DNA from: a virus
Virus genome (UHGV): UHGV-0097092
Length of the DNA: 44,628 bases
Strand: one strand, 5' to 3'
Part shown: positions 36,644 through 44,628 of the stretch, one piece after another
Position numbering within the stretch: the stretch's first letter is position 1
How the letters are laid out: each line of letters begins with the position of its first letter
Program-made: the position numbers and the translations under genes
The notes under the pieces: model-generated
What the model was told of the DNA's origin: nothing
Seen by the model: only the letters and a program-made list of their open reading frames with translations
Database searches by the model: none

Positions 36644-37351
36644 GTGAGTATTTTCAGCAGCGTTGGTAGAACGTTGACCACCGCATTGTCATTTAGCACG
36701 AAATCATTCACCAGCAACCTCATTAGCGACATTCTTGATAAAGCCATATCAGGCGGCGGGGTAAGCGGGAATTACAGTAGCGATATTGCCTACGGGAAAA
36801 ATATTGTTGCTGCCGCTATGCGTATCCGTTACGCCCAGGGGTGGCAGTGGACCGTTGAAGTGGATGGCCTGAACGGCTTCGATATGTTCGTGAAGGATAT
36901 CACCTACAGCAGTGGAAACATTGAGACAGAAAGCAAGGTGATCGGCAGCGTAGAATTCAGCAAGCCAACCTATGTTAGCGCCGGACCGGTCACTATGACC
37001 GTGAGGGATACCGAAGATGGCAAGATCATGGACTGGTTCAAAGAGCGTCGTTCTCGTGTAACAAATCCTGATGGAACAATAAACCTTCCTCCTGAATATC
37101 TGATGAAAATCCGTGTCTACCGGGTGACTCAGGACGGCGGAAAAGAACTGGAAGAAGAAATGCGCGTATTTCCTACGCAACTTGGGGAAATCACACGCTC
37201 ACGTGATCAGGTGTCAGAGTTCTTGTCATACCCAATCACTTTCCAGAAATACACATCCGCAGGCTCAGGTGTTTCAGCTTTGGTCAACGGTGCCGCTGGC
37301 ATGGCTACAAGTGCGTTAAAGGGGGCTGTGAGTGGAGTGATCAAATTCTGA
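36644..37351 (+). CDS. hypothetical structural protein (GTG start)
   Basis: GGAGG 7 nt upstream of GTG; 235 aa. Confidence 0.4.
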   Translation: MSIFSSVGRTLTTALSFSTKSFTSNLISDILDKAISGGGVSGNYSSDIAYGKNIVAAAMRIRYAQGWQWTVEVDGLNGFDMFVKDITYSSGNIETESKVIGSVEFSKPTYVSAGPVTMTVRDTEDGKIMDWFKERRSRVTNPDGTINLPPEYLMKIRVYRVTQDGGKELEEEMRVFPTQLGEITRSRDQVSEFLSYPITFQKYTSAGSGVSALVNGAAGMATSALKGAVSGVIKF

Positions 37352-37440
37352 ATAGCTTTAATTATGTGTGCTGGAGGGTTGCTCATTTCCCGTCAGCACC
37401 CACGCCCTCAACGATAGCGGGTAGGGAAGGTAGCGCAATT

Positions 37441-37736
37441 TTGAGGGCATTTTTTACATCATTAATCCATCTGTAATGAAGGCATTCTTTACACATTTCA
37501 ATAATATCAATCAGTTAACACAGTGAATGATAATAAAAAGCGCAATAAGAATGCACGATACGCACGATATTGGTTGAGGGCGATTTTTACATAATCCTTA
37601 TATATCAATTCGTTATATAAAAACACAACTTGCTAATAACAAGATACATGCAATTAAGATGTAAAAATTGCCCTCAATTGCCGATCGTTAAGGGCAAATT
37701 CTACACCTTGAGAGGGGTGTAAAAATTGCCCTTAAG
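37441..37736. repeat. downstream iteron cluster (inc-like), mixed orientation
   Basis: TTGAGGGCATTTTTTACATC (37441), TTGAGGGCGATTTTTACAT (37574), inverted copies GATGTAAAAATTGCCCTCAA (37668) and GGTGTAAAAATTGCCCTTAAG (37716). Confidence 0.55.
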
Positions 37737-38487
37737 ACTGCTGATAGGTAAATTTTATCCTGGTAACTTTGCCGCCTTCCGTCACCTCTGAGAAGACTAT
37801 TTTCATTTTTGTATTTTTTTCAATCTCTGCTACAGCCTTCGTTAAAAAACTTCTCTTAAATTCGGCATACCGCTGATAGCTTTTTGGTAACCCATAACGC
37901 TCCCGCATCCATTCGACGCCAAGTATGGCAAAGCCGCTTCCATCATCCTTCCTGTACTGGCATAAGGACTCATAAAGCCGCATAGAATAAGGATTTGTAA
38001 GGCGAGATACTTCGGTAAAATTCAGCCTTGTGAATCTCTTATCAAGCAGAGTAAAAAACGGCATGAGATATGGATTAAGATGAATAATGTAAGTCCCGCG
38101 CCGTGGTGAATAGGCATCCTTAATCATCCAAGGATAAGACTCATAACTGTCTTCTGATTCGGTCGATTCATCAGGGTTATATATCGTAACTTTCTTCTCG
38201 CTAAGACCTGAAATGGCCTTACGAATATCCTTGCTGGCTTCAGCAGAGGGCAAATTATACATCTCTGCATATTCGTTGACCGTCAACTCACAGGCACCTG
38301 AACCAAGAACGCCATCCTTAGAAGCATAGCGAAGTCTTCCCACCACAATAAACAACAGTCGCTTTTGGTCGCGAGTCAGGTGATAAGCAGCCTCCGTGAT
38401 CTCATTGGCTTGTGCCAAACTACGACTAATAGGTGTCGCTGACTCAATCAGGCTGACGGCTTTTGCTGTTAATTCCGCTCTGTTCAT
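37732..38487 (-). CDS. repA: iteron-binding replication initiator (Rep_3 family, RepE/RepA-like)
   Basis: 251 aa from ATG 38487; NPYSMRLYESLCQYRKDDGSG and SAEASKDIR segments closely resemble recalled F RepE; flanked by iterons. Confidence 0.8.
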   Translation of the reverse strand: MNRAELTAKAVSLIESATPISRSLAQANEITEAAYHLTRDQKRLLFIVVGRLRYASKDGVLGSGACELTVNEYAEMYNLPSAEASKDIRKAISGLSEKKVTIYNPDESTESEDSYESYPWMIKDAYSPRRGTYIIHLNPYLMPFFTLLDKRFTRLNFTEVSRLTNPYSMRLYESLCQYRKDDGSGFAILGVEWMRERYGLPKSYQRYAEFKRSFLTKAVAEIEKNTKMKIVFSEVTEGGKVTRIKFTYQQS

Positions 38488-38512
38488 AACCCTGTGTGAT
38501 CCTTCAAATGGT

Positions 38513-38629
38513 GAGGGCAATTTTTACATCACTTTGAGGGCAATTACTACACCTTTTGAGGGCAAATCTTACACCTTCTGAGGGCAAATCTTACACCGAT
38601 CGTATCTAATTGAGGGCAAATCTTACACC
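38513..38629. repeat. five direct 19-20 bp iterons (TGAGGGCAAATCTTACACC-type) at about 22-bp periodicity upstream of repA
   Basis: copies at 38513, 38535, 38557, 38580 and 38610. Confidence 0.7.
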
Positions 38630-38674
38630 AGACTCCTCTACAGCCCGCGCCACTGCTGGCTCCAGCGACGCCTA

Positions 38675-38733
38675 AAAAGGATCTAAAAAGGATTAAAAAT
38701 GGAAAAAGGTTTATAAAAATACTCTGTGGATAT
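38675..38733. promoter_or_regulatory. AT-rich repeat region plus DnaA-box-like TGTGGATAT; candidate unwinding element and DnaA site of the origin
   Basis: AAAAAGGAT repeats with GATC sites; TGTGGATAT at 38725-38733 is an 8/9 match to the DnaA box. Confidence 0.4.
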
Positions 38734-38875
38734 GTGAGTAGCGTCACTTAAGGTGTAAAAATCACCCTCAATAATCGCTTCTCGACCGGCAAAGATCTTC
38801 ATTCAATCCCCATCGCAAATCACACACTCCCTATCCTCTGGAAAATGAACAGATACCTGCTTTTCGGAGGAATAA

Positions 38876-39697
38876 TTGAACATTCCAAAATTTCCATTGC
38901 CTTCCCGTCCTGAGACAGAAATTCAGTTCCACGCCCCTACCGTGAAGGATGCGCTGAAATATTCTGACCTGAACCCGGCAGAAGATGAGGCAACTACTAC
39001 AGAGTACCTTAACTCTATGCAGGATGGTGAAATTAACGACAGTGCTAACTGGACAGTTCAGGATCGCAGAACTGCTCTTTGGTGGATATTTGTTAATTCG
39101 CGCCCCGATGCAGTAATGACCTACTCCTATGAGTGCAGTCACTGCGGTAATACGCATCATGCAGATATTAACCTGAGCGACCTAGCCCAAACAGTAGAAA
39201 TACTCACTGTACCTCCTTACGTGAAAACCAACGTACCAGTAAATGGAGTACCAACTGACTGGATACTTAAACCGTTAACCGGAAAAGGCGCGGAACTCCT
39301 TGAACGAATGCGAGCGTCGCTTCCTGATATGAAAAGCCCCGAATACAGTGCTGGCGTGGCACGGATGCGAATTGCTGAACTCGCTTTATGCACGGCGCTT
39401 GAAGACGATCCGGAGGACTTCACGCAGGCCGCTAACCGACGCTTTGACATCATTGAAAGCATGGCGCTTGAAACCGAATTTACTCCGCTTGTGGCTCGCA
39501 TACAACTTATGCAAAAAGACCTACGCCACGGCCTGAAAATGTCTATTGAGAGAGGCTCAAGCCGACTGATCCTGCCTCCGCAACATTGCAAAAACGCTAA
39601 GGAGGGTGCAGATGTGACAACCACACTGTACGTCCCCTTTCTCAATAGAGAGTTTATCCCATCAATTAGATCTGAATGGATGGCTAACCATTATTAA
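38876..39697 (+). CDS. hypothetical protein with zinc-ribbon-like motif (TTG start)
   Basis: GGAGG 7 nt upstream of TTG; YECSHCGNTHH. Confidence 0.45.
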   Translation: MNIPKFPLPSRPETEIQFHAPTVKDALKYSDLNPAEDEATTTEYLNSMQDGEINDSANWTVQDRRTALWWIFVNSRPDAVMTYSYECSHCGNTHHADINLSDLAQTVEILTVPPYVKTNVPVNGVPTDWILKPLTGKGAELLERMRASLPDMKSPEYSAGVARMRIAELALCTALEDDPEDFTQAANRRFDIIESMALETEFTPLVARIQLMQKDLRHGLKMSIERGSSRLILPPQHCKNAKEGADVTTTLYVPFLNREFIPSIRSEWMANHY

Positions 39698-39711
39698 CAA
39701 CCTGACTCTAT

Positions 39712-42700
39712 ATGGATATCAGCCCGTTAGCGACGTTGAACAATTACCGCAATGGCGAGCACTCCATATGTCAAAAGCCCTGGAAGAAAAATACAAAGCT
39801 CAAGCCGGGAAACGTTGATCGCGCTGGCAAAAGAGAGGTTATTTTGAAAGAGAATAAAGACCGTATCGCAATAATTGACGCTATACAGGGGGCGAGCACA
39901 AACGAACTTAAGGCTCTTGCTGAGATCAAAAACGCCATTCTCTCTGATAGAGGGTCTATAACTCAACTTGGTGAAAATCAAGGTAAAGTAAGTCAAAGAC
40001 TATCCCGTAGACGCATAGCAAGCGAACCCTATGTCTCTGGTGATGCCAAGAATACCCAAGCTAACCCATATATAAAACGCCTTCCGATGAAAAAAGGGAG
40101 GACGCAGGTCAACAACGGAGAAGAACGTCTCATTGTTGCAACCAACACATCAGAGCGCGTTCATTTTGCGTCATCACGCCAGTCCGCCCAAAAGTTGAAA
40201 GGTTCTGTGCCAGTAGCCGCTAATTCTGCTCCTCTTGAACCACAATCCCCCCAAAGCCAAAAAGGACCGCTTCGGGATAGTAATGGACGCTTTGTATCCC
40301 AGAAAAACAACGAAGATATAGCCAGAAAAAAAGAATGGCAGAACGCACGTAAGGCCGACGCCAAACTACAAGAAGGCTTCCTCCGGAAATTAGGCTCCAT
40401 TATAGGGGTAGATGGCAATCAGTCTTCCAGTGAAGAGTCTTTAACAGATGCCGCAGGTGTCGGCGCTGGTGGTCCGTTGTGGATGGCTGCTCGCGGCATG
40501 TACGACATTACTAAAGAGATCACAGGTAAAGCAGAATCTCTTAAAGAATGGGTAGAAAAGGGGAAAGGTGAGGCTTTATCTTCGAAAGCGACATCACCAG
40601 CTATCACTTATCCGGCGGTGGTGAATACTCAAAAAGCAACCTCTGCAACAGCATTTAATAATGCTGTTGAGACAAAATCAGCACAAGCAGTAGAAGAGCA
40701 AACAAAAATTCTTCAGACCAATGACAACAAAATAATTGATGGTCTGGAAAATGTCTCCGACGAAGTAGTTAAGCTACGCAAATCAGTATCTTCTGGGAAT
40801 AAGTTCGGCTTAAGTGATCTCTGGAGAAATCGAGCAAGCAGAAGAAATAAAATCAATATTGGCGAACAGGCTGGTAAAAATAAACGGAACAAACCGAAAA
40901 GGAAAGGTCGCAATCTGGGGAAAAAAGCCCTTTCTGTTGGTGAAAAAGCCGCTGCCGGAACCGCTGCTGCTGGAGCTGGTGCCGGAGCTGCAAAGACTGT
41001 TAAAACAAAGGTTAGTAAAGCCAAAGACATCAGCACCACAAGCGACGCATCTAAGGGTATTGCTAAAGAAACAAAAAACACAGCAAAGGCAGTTAAGCCA
41101 GCAGGTGTTGTTGCCGAAGAGGCCACAATTAAAACAGGTGAAACTGTTGCAAAGAAAAAAACCGAATCCGTAGCCCTCAAAAGTGCTGCAAAAATAGGTG
41201 TTAAATCAGCTGCTTCTACAGCTGCAAGAGCTATCCCGATCATCGGATCGCTGGCTATGGCGGGATATGACGCTATAGATGGTTACACTGATACAGATGC
41301 GCAAAAGGCAGCCTTTGGATTAAGTGACGATGATGCTGTATCCGAACAGCAAAAAACGGCTTACGCAACAGCTAATGTGCTCGATATGGGGGGCTTGGTG
41401 TCGGGCGCAACGAACTTGATAGGGAAAGGAATTTCTGCGCTAGGATTTGAAAGAGCAGGTGAAAAACTTCAGAATTTTGATACCGGAGATATTGCTCGTG
41501 GTGTTAACGGCGCGGTAGATATCACCAAATCTGTTTTTGGTAACCTTAAGGATACATTTTTATCCACTGACGAAAACACGAAACAAGTAAAAAAAGCTGT
41601 TGAAGACGGCACAAAAAAAACTGTCGATGCGATTCATTCTCTTGGTGAACAATTACAAGGTGGGCGTAATGGCGAGGATGGAGTTGGTGAGCACGGGTAT
41701 ACTTCTCCAACTGAATTTAGTGCACCTGCCAACAACACCATTGCAGCGGATCTGAATATTGGCGGCAGCAACGCTAAAAACCGCAATTACCGAAATAATA
41801 ATCTCGGCAATCTTGTTTTTGCCAACCAGGAAGGGGCGACGCTGGAATCGCCAAATGCAAAAGGTGAACAACGTTTTGCGCGATTTAACACACCTGAAGA
41901 AGGGATCAGGGCACTGGCAAACCAGGTTTCCAGCTATTACAACGGCACCAGTGCCGCAGCGGGATATCAGAAGTTACAGACGGTATCCAGCATCATTTCA
42001 AAATGGGCACCGCCAAATGAGAACAATACTAACCAATATATTGATAACGTCAGTAAATATCTTGGTGTATCGCCTAATGAAAAAATAGATGTCAGCAAAC
42101 CAGAAGTTATGACGCAATTAGTTCGTGCAATTGCGACGAAAGAAGGCGGAAATCCGGCAGTTAATAATGAGTTCATTAAGAACGCACTTGGAGCATTTAA
42201 CACAAACACTGGTCGATGGGAGGGACAATTCTCTGACGAAACATTGGCGCGGATTAATAAAATTCAGAAAGAAAATGGTGGTCAGCTAATTGCCCGCGAT
42301 TCGCAATATAGTGTTGGTCGCAAGGTAAAATATGCTAATGGAAAATCTCCAGCTCAACCAGTTTTGAATGCCGTTCCGACAGCAACACAACAGCCAATTG
42401 AGGTTGCACAACATGCCCAGGCAGTCAAAAAGCCACAAAAAACAGGTAACCAACCACAACCGATTAATCCAGAGAACGCTGATGTTAATACCGGCTCTCC
42501 ATCGAGTTTGCTTGAGCGGTTAATCACAATAAATGAAAGCGGAATCAGTGGTGCAAGTAATTTATTTGGCGGCGCGGCTACCAGCCTTGCTGGAACAAGT
42601 CTGGACCTGGTAAAGGATTTTGCGTTAGCTACTTCGTTTGGTTCTATATCTTCGCTTTCCGAAAAAGCGAAAGGAATGGATCAGGCTCTTACTGAAAAGA

Positions 42701-43656
42701 TATCCAGCTTAACCGGTAAATCTTTTGGATTTAAAAAAGCTTCTCAAGTGGCTGATATCGCAACAGCCATACAACAAAAACGCACTGTTAATCACGATAC
42801 AGAAATCATTGATCTACTTCCGGGAGATCAAGTATCCCCTTCTACTCCGAAAACTCCACAGCAGGAGCAGGCTCTGGCAATCAACCAGGCTATGGCGGGC
42901 TTTTCGTCTGCAGCGCCAGCACCGAAAACCCCACAGCAGGAGCAGGCTCTGGCAATCAACCAGGCTATGGCGGGAGCTGCGCCAGTAGTTACCTCTGGAA
43001 AACGAACTATCACGGCACCAAGTGATGTGCAGATTTATGACAACGGCTACAAGGTGGTTACAGGTGAGGATAAGAGCTTCTTTGGTTCGCTATTTGATTC
43101 CACGGTGTCAGGGCTTAAACAGACAGGAACCGCAGTAATTCCTGCCGTTGGCGATAACCTTTCACGACTTGTTGGGGGGATTGATAGTACAGGGATATTG
43201 AACGATCTTGTAATGCAGTCTACTGGGCAGAATAGTGCGATTGCGCGAGCTATTAGCCCATTAACAAGAAATGTTGGAGACTGGTTGAATGGGGGGATTC
43301 AACAAACCGCTAATAGCATTAGGGGAATAGCAACTGGTGCCAATAACGCCATATTTGGCTCTGCTTCAGCTGTGCAAGAACCTTTTCTTGCTATGCCGCC
43401 ACAACTCCCTACTGTAACCGATCTCGCACGAAGCGGAATAAGACAACCATTAACTACTGACACTATAAATAACGATCCTGCTATGTTGAAGGCGCTGGAT
43501 AACATCTGCTCTATCCTGAACGATCTGCTGAATGTGAACAAGAACAATACAAAAGGCGATCCGGATAATGTTGTCAAAACATCGCAGCCGCAGCCGCGAC
43601 CACGTGCGAGCACAACTATTAATGACCAGTCGCTGGATGCTCTGCTTGAGGATTAA
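39712..43656 (+). CDS. putative tape-measure / structural injection protein (P1 Sit-like); start uncertain (TTG 39844 has the better RBS)
   Basis: 1314 aa; Lys/Ala-rich low-complexity regions, internal tandem repeat, Gly-rich segments; sits next to baseplate genes. Confidence 0.45.
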   Translation: MDISPLATLNNYRNGEHSICQKPWKKNTKLKPGNVDRAGKREVILKENKDRIAIIDAIQGASTNELKALAEIKNAILSDRGSITQLGENQGKVSQRLSRRRIASEPYVSGDAKNTQANPYIKRLPMKKGRTQVNNGEERLIVATNTSERVHFASSRQSAQKLKGSVPVAANSAPLEPQSPQSQKGPLRDSNGRFVSQKNNEDIARKKEWQNARKADAKLQEGFLRKLGSIIGVDGNQSSSEESLTDAAGVGAGGPLWMAARGMYDITKEITGKAESLKEWVEKGKGEALSSKATSPAITYPAVVNTQKATSATAFNNAVETKSAQAVEEQTKILQTNDNKIIDGLENVSDEVVKLRKSVSSGNKFGLSDLWRNRASRRNKINIGEQAGKNKRNKPKRKGRNLGKKALSVGEKAAAGTAAAGAGAGAAKTVKTKVSKAKDISTTSDASKGIAKETKNTAKAVKPAGVVAEEATIKTGETVAKKKTESVALKSAAKIGVKSAASTAARAIPIIGSLAMAGYDAIDGYTDTDAQKAAFGLSDDDAVSEQQKTAYATANVLDMGGLVSGATNLIGKGISALGFERAGEKLQNFDTGDIARGVNGAVDITKSVFGNLKDTFLSTDENTKQVKKAVEDGTKKTVDAIHSLGEQLQGGRNGEDGVGEHGYTSPTEFSAPANNTIAADLNIGGSNAKNRNYRNNNLGNLVFANQEGATLESPNAKGEQRFARFNTPEEGIRALANQVSSYYNGTSAAAGYQKLQTVSSIISKWAPPNENNTNQYIDNVSKYLGVSPNEKIDVSKPEVMTQLVRAIATKEGGNPAVNNEFIKNALGAFNTNTGRWEGQFSDETLARINKIQKENGGQLIARDSQYSVGRKVKYANGKSPAQPVLNAVPTATQQPIEVAQHAQAVKKPQKTGNQPQPINPENADVNTGSPSSLLERLITINESGISGASNLFGGAATSLAGTSLDLVKDFALATSFGSISSLSEKAKGMDQALTEKISSLTGKSFGFKKASQVADIATAIQQKRTVNHDTEIIDLLPGDQVSPSTPKTPQQEQALAINQAMAGFSSAAPAPKTPQQEQALAINQAMAGAAPVVTSGKRTITAPSDVQIYDNGYKVVTGEDKSFFGSLFDSTVSGLKQTGTAVIPAVGDNLSRLVGGIDSTGILNDLVMQSTGQNSAIARAISPLTRNVGDWLNGGIQQTANSIRGIATGANNAIFGSASAVQEPFLAMPPQLPTVTDLARSGIRQPLTTDTINNDPAMLKALDNICSILNDLLNVNKNNTKGDPDNVVKTSQPQPRPRASTTINDQSLDALLED
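42847..42974. repeat. two tandem copies of a 75-bp unit (25 aa, PKTPQQEQALAINQAMAG...) inside the Sit-like gene
   Basis: near-identical units starting 42847 and 42922. Confidence 0.6.
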
Positions 43657-43661
43657 TACTG

Positions 43662-44036
43662 ATGCTTTACGAAATAGACGCAAGACTTCAAACGAATGAG
43701 AGCGGTGTCATTATTGCAGAAGGAAGTACCGCAGCATGGATGGCCCGACTTGACGAGTGGCTACGAACCCCTGAAGGGAGTGTTTATGGTTTACCCTCTT
43801 GGGGGAGTCCAATGGAAGAATTTAAGCATGAACCATTCGGCTCTGAAACTTCGCACATAGTTGAAGTGGCTATTGAAGGGAGAATGATGAAAAAACTACG
43901 ACAAGACTTGCCAGGTTTGGATGTGCAGGGGATTCGTTGCACATCAATTTCTGAAGATTCTTTATTAATTAGTTTTTATGCGAAAGGTGGGAGCATGGAT
44001 ATTGTTATGCAGAAATCAAGTGGGGTGGGCGCGTGA
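43662..44036 (+). CDS. baseplate wedge protein (GPW/gp25-like)
   Basis: 124 aa; LRTPEGSVYGLPSWGS pattern resembling gp25/GPW. Confidence 0.5.
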   Translation: MLYEIDARLQTNESGVIIAEGSTAAWMARLDEWLRTPEGSVYGLPSWGSPMEEFKHEPFGSETSHIVEVAIEGRMMKKLRQDLPGLDVQGIRCTSISEDSLLISFYAKGGSMDIVMQKSSGVGA

Positions 44037-44628
44037 CGATTACAGAATTACTGGACAAATTTAACGCTAAGTTAAATGAAAACACATGGTGGTCACGATT
44101 TGTAAATAGTCAGTTTGTGCAGATGCACGCTATATTCGGATCACAGCTTATTTATATTGCCCGTACATTTGCAAGCCGCGGCCTCACTGAGGGACTTATT
44201 TCAACGGCTACGCGCCGCTCAAGTATTTTAGCGGTTGCTGAAGACCGTAGCTACGTAGGGCGATTTGTTAGTGCTTCATACGGAACAACGTCTATAACCA
44301 ATAAAACTGATCGGGATATTACATTACCAGCCGGGGCTGAATTGCTTGCCAATGACCAAACACCTTTGGCAATTATTAACAGTGTTGTAATTCCTGCTGG
44401 AGGAACTGTTTCTGGCGTAGAAACTAAACAGCATGAAGCTGTTAGCGTTACATTTGATATTGAGAAGGAAACTTTATTTCTGACATTGTTGCTTTCCAGA
44501 GAGTTAACAAAAGAAGTCTCTAGCCTGGATGTTTATGTTATTACAGATGGCGTAGAAGAAAAATGGACATATAACCCATTATTTAGAATGTCCAGTGTTC
44601 TTTCTGGCCATGTATCAGAAGAACGGTC
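44033..44628 (+). CDS. putative baseplate protein (J/gp6-like), 3' end beyond window
   Basis: GTG start overlapping upstream stop (GTGA); open frame to the window end. Confidence 0.35.
   Translation, partial: MTITELLDKFNAKLNENTWWSRFVNSQFVQMHAIFGSQLIYIARTFASRGLTEGLISTATRRSSILAVAEDRSYVGRFVSASYGTTSITNKTDRDITLPAGAELLANDQTPLAIINSVVIPAGGTVSGVETKQHEAVSVTFDIEKETLFLTLLLSRELTKEVSSLDVYVITDGVEEKWTYNPLFRMSSVLSGHVSEER

Noticed and set aside
40713-41243. 176-aa minus-strand ORF inside the Sit-like gene
   Set aside because: Antisense of a low-complexity Ala/Lys-rich coding region; hydrophobic artefact.
1-44628. CRISPR array, tRNA genes or integrase
   Set aside because: No regularly spaced short repeats with unique spacers, no T-loop-like GGTTCGAATCC motifs with cloverleaf context, and no tyrosine/serine recombinase-like ORF found on reading the sequence and ORF track.

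Overview
This 44.6 kb window reads as part of a P1-like myovirus phage-plasmid, not ordinary chromosome. All calls rest on reading the ORF translations and the DNA by eye and on recalled protein families; no database search was run. Left third (405-11091, minus strand): a tightly coupled leftward array of accessory genes, including a UmuD'-like protein (HumD-like) behind a canonical LexA box, a DNA pol III theta homologue (Hot-like), three Ead/Ea22-like paralogues, DUF551, DUF968, ASCH, a lambda-type Ser/Thr phosphatase and a ClpX-type zinc-finger protein. Middle: a Ref-like HNH protein, exported proteins, an uncharacterised three-gene cassette, HigB/HigA, a baseplate spike module, then rdgC, a short C5-methyltransferase-like ORF and a Dam-family methylase. 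A near-identical copy of E. coli glnS (glutaminyl-tRNA synthetase) sits between the methylase genes and two adjacent partition systems (ParF/ParG-like, and ParM/ParR-like with ParM frameshifted). Right third: PAAR-like protein, Rz/Rz1-type spanins, putative major capsid, tail sheath and gp19-like tail tube, a RepE/RepA-like initiator flanked by 19-20 bp iterons, a 1314-aa tape-measure/Sit-like protein and baseplate wedge genes. A partly palindromic promoter-operator-like motif recurs at five or more unit boundaries. No CRISPR array, tRNA or integrase was found. The most unusual features are the captured glnS, the dispersed operator motif, the double partition module and the uncharacterised cassette at 13650-16150.
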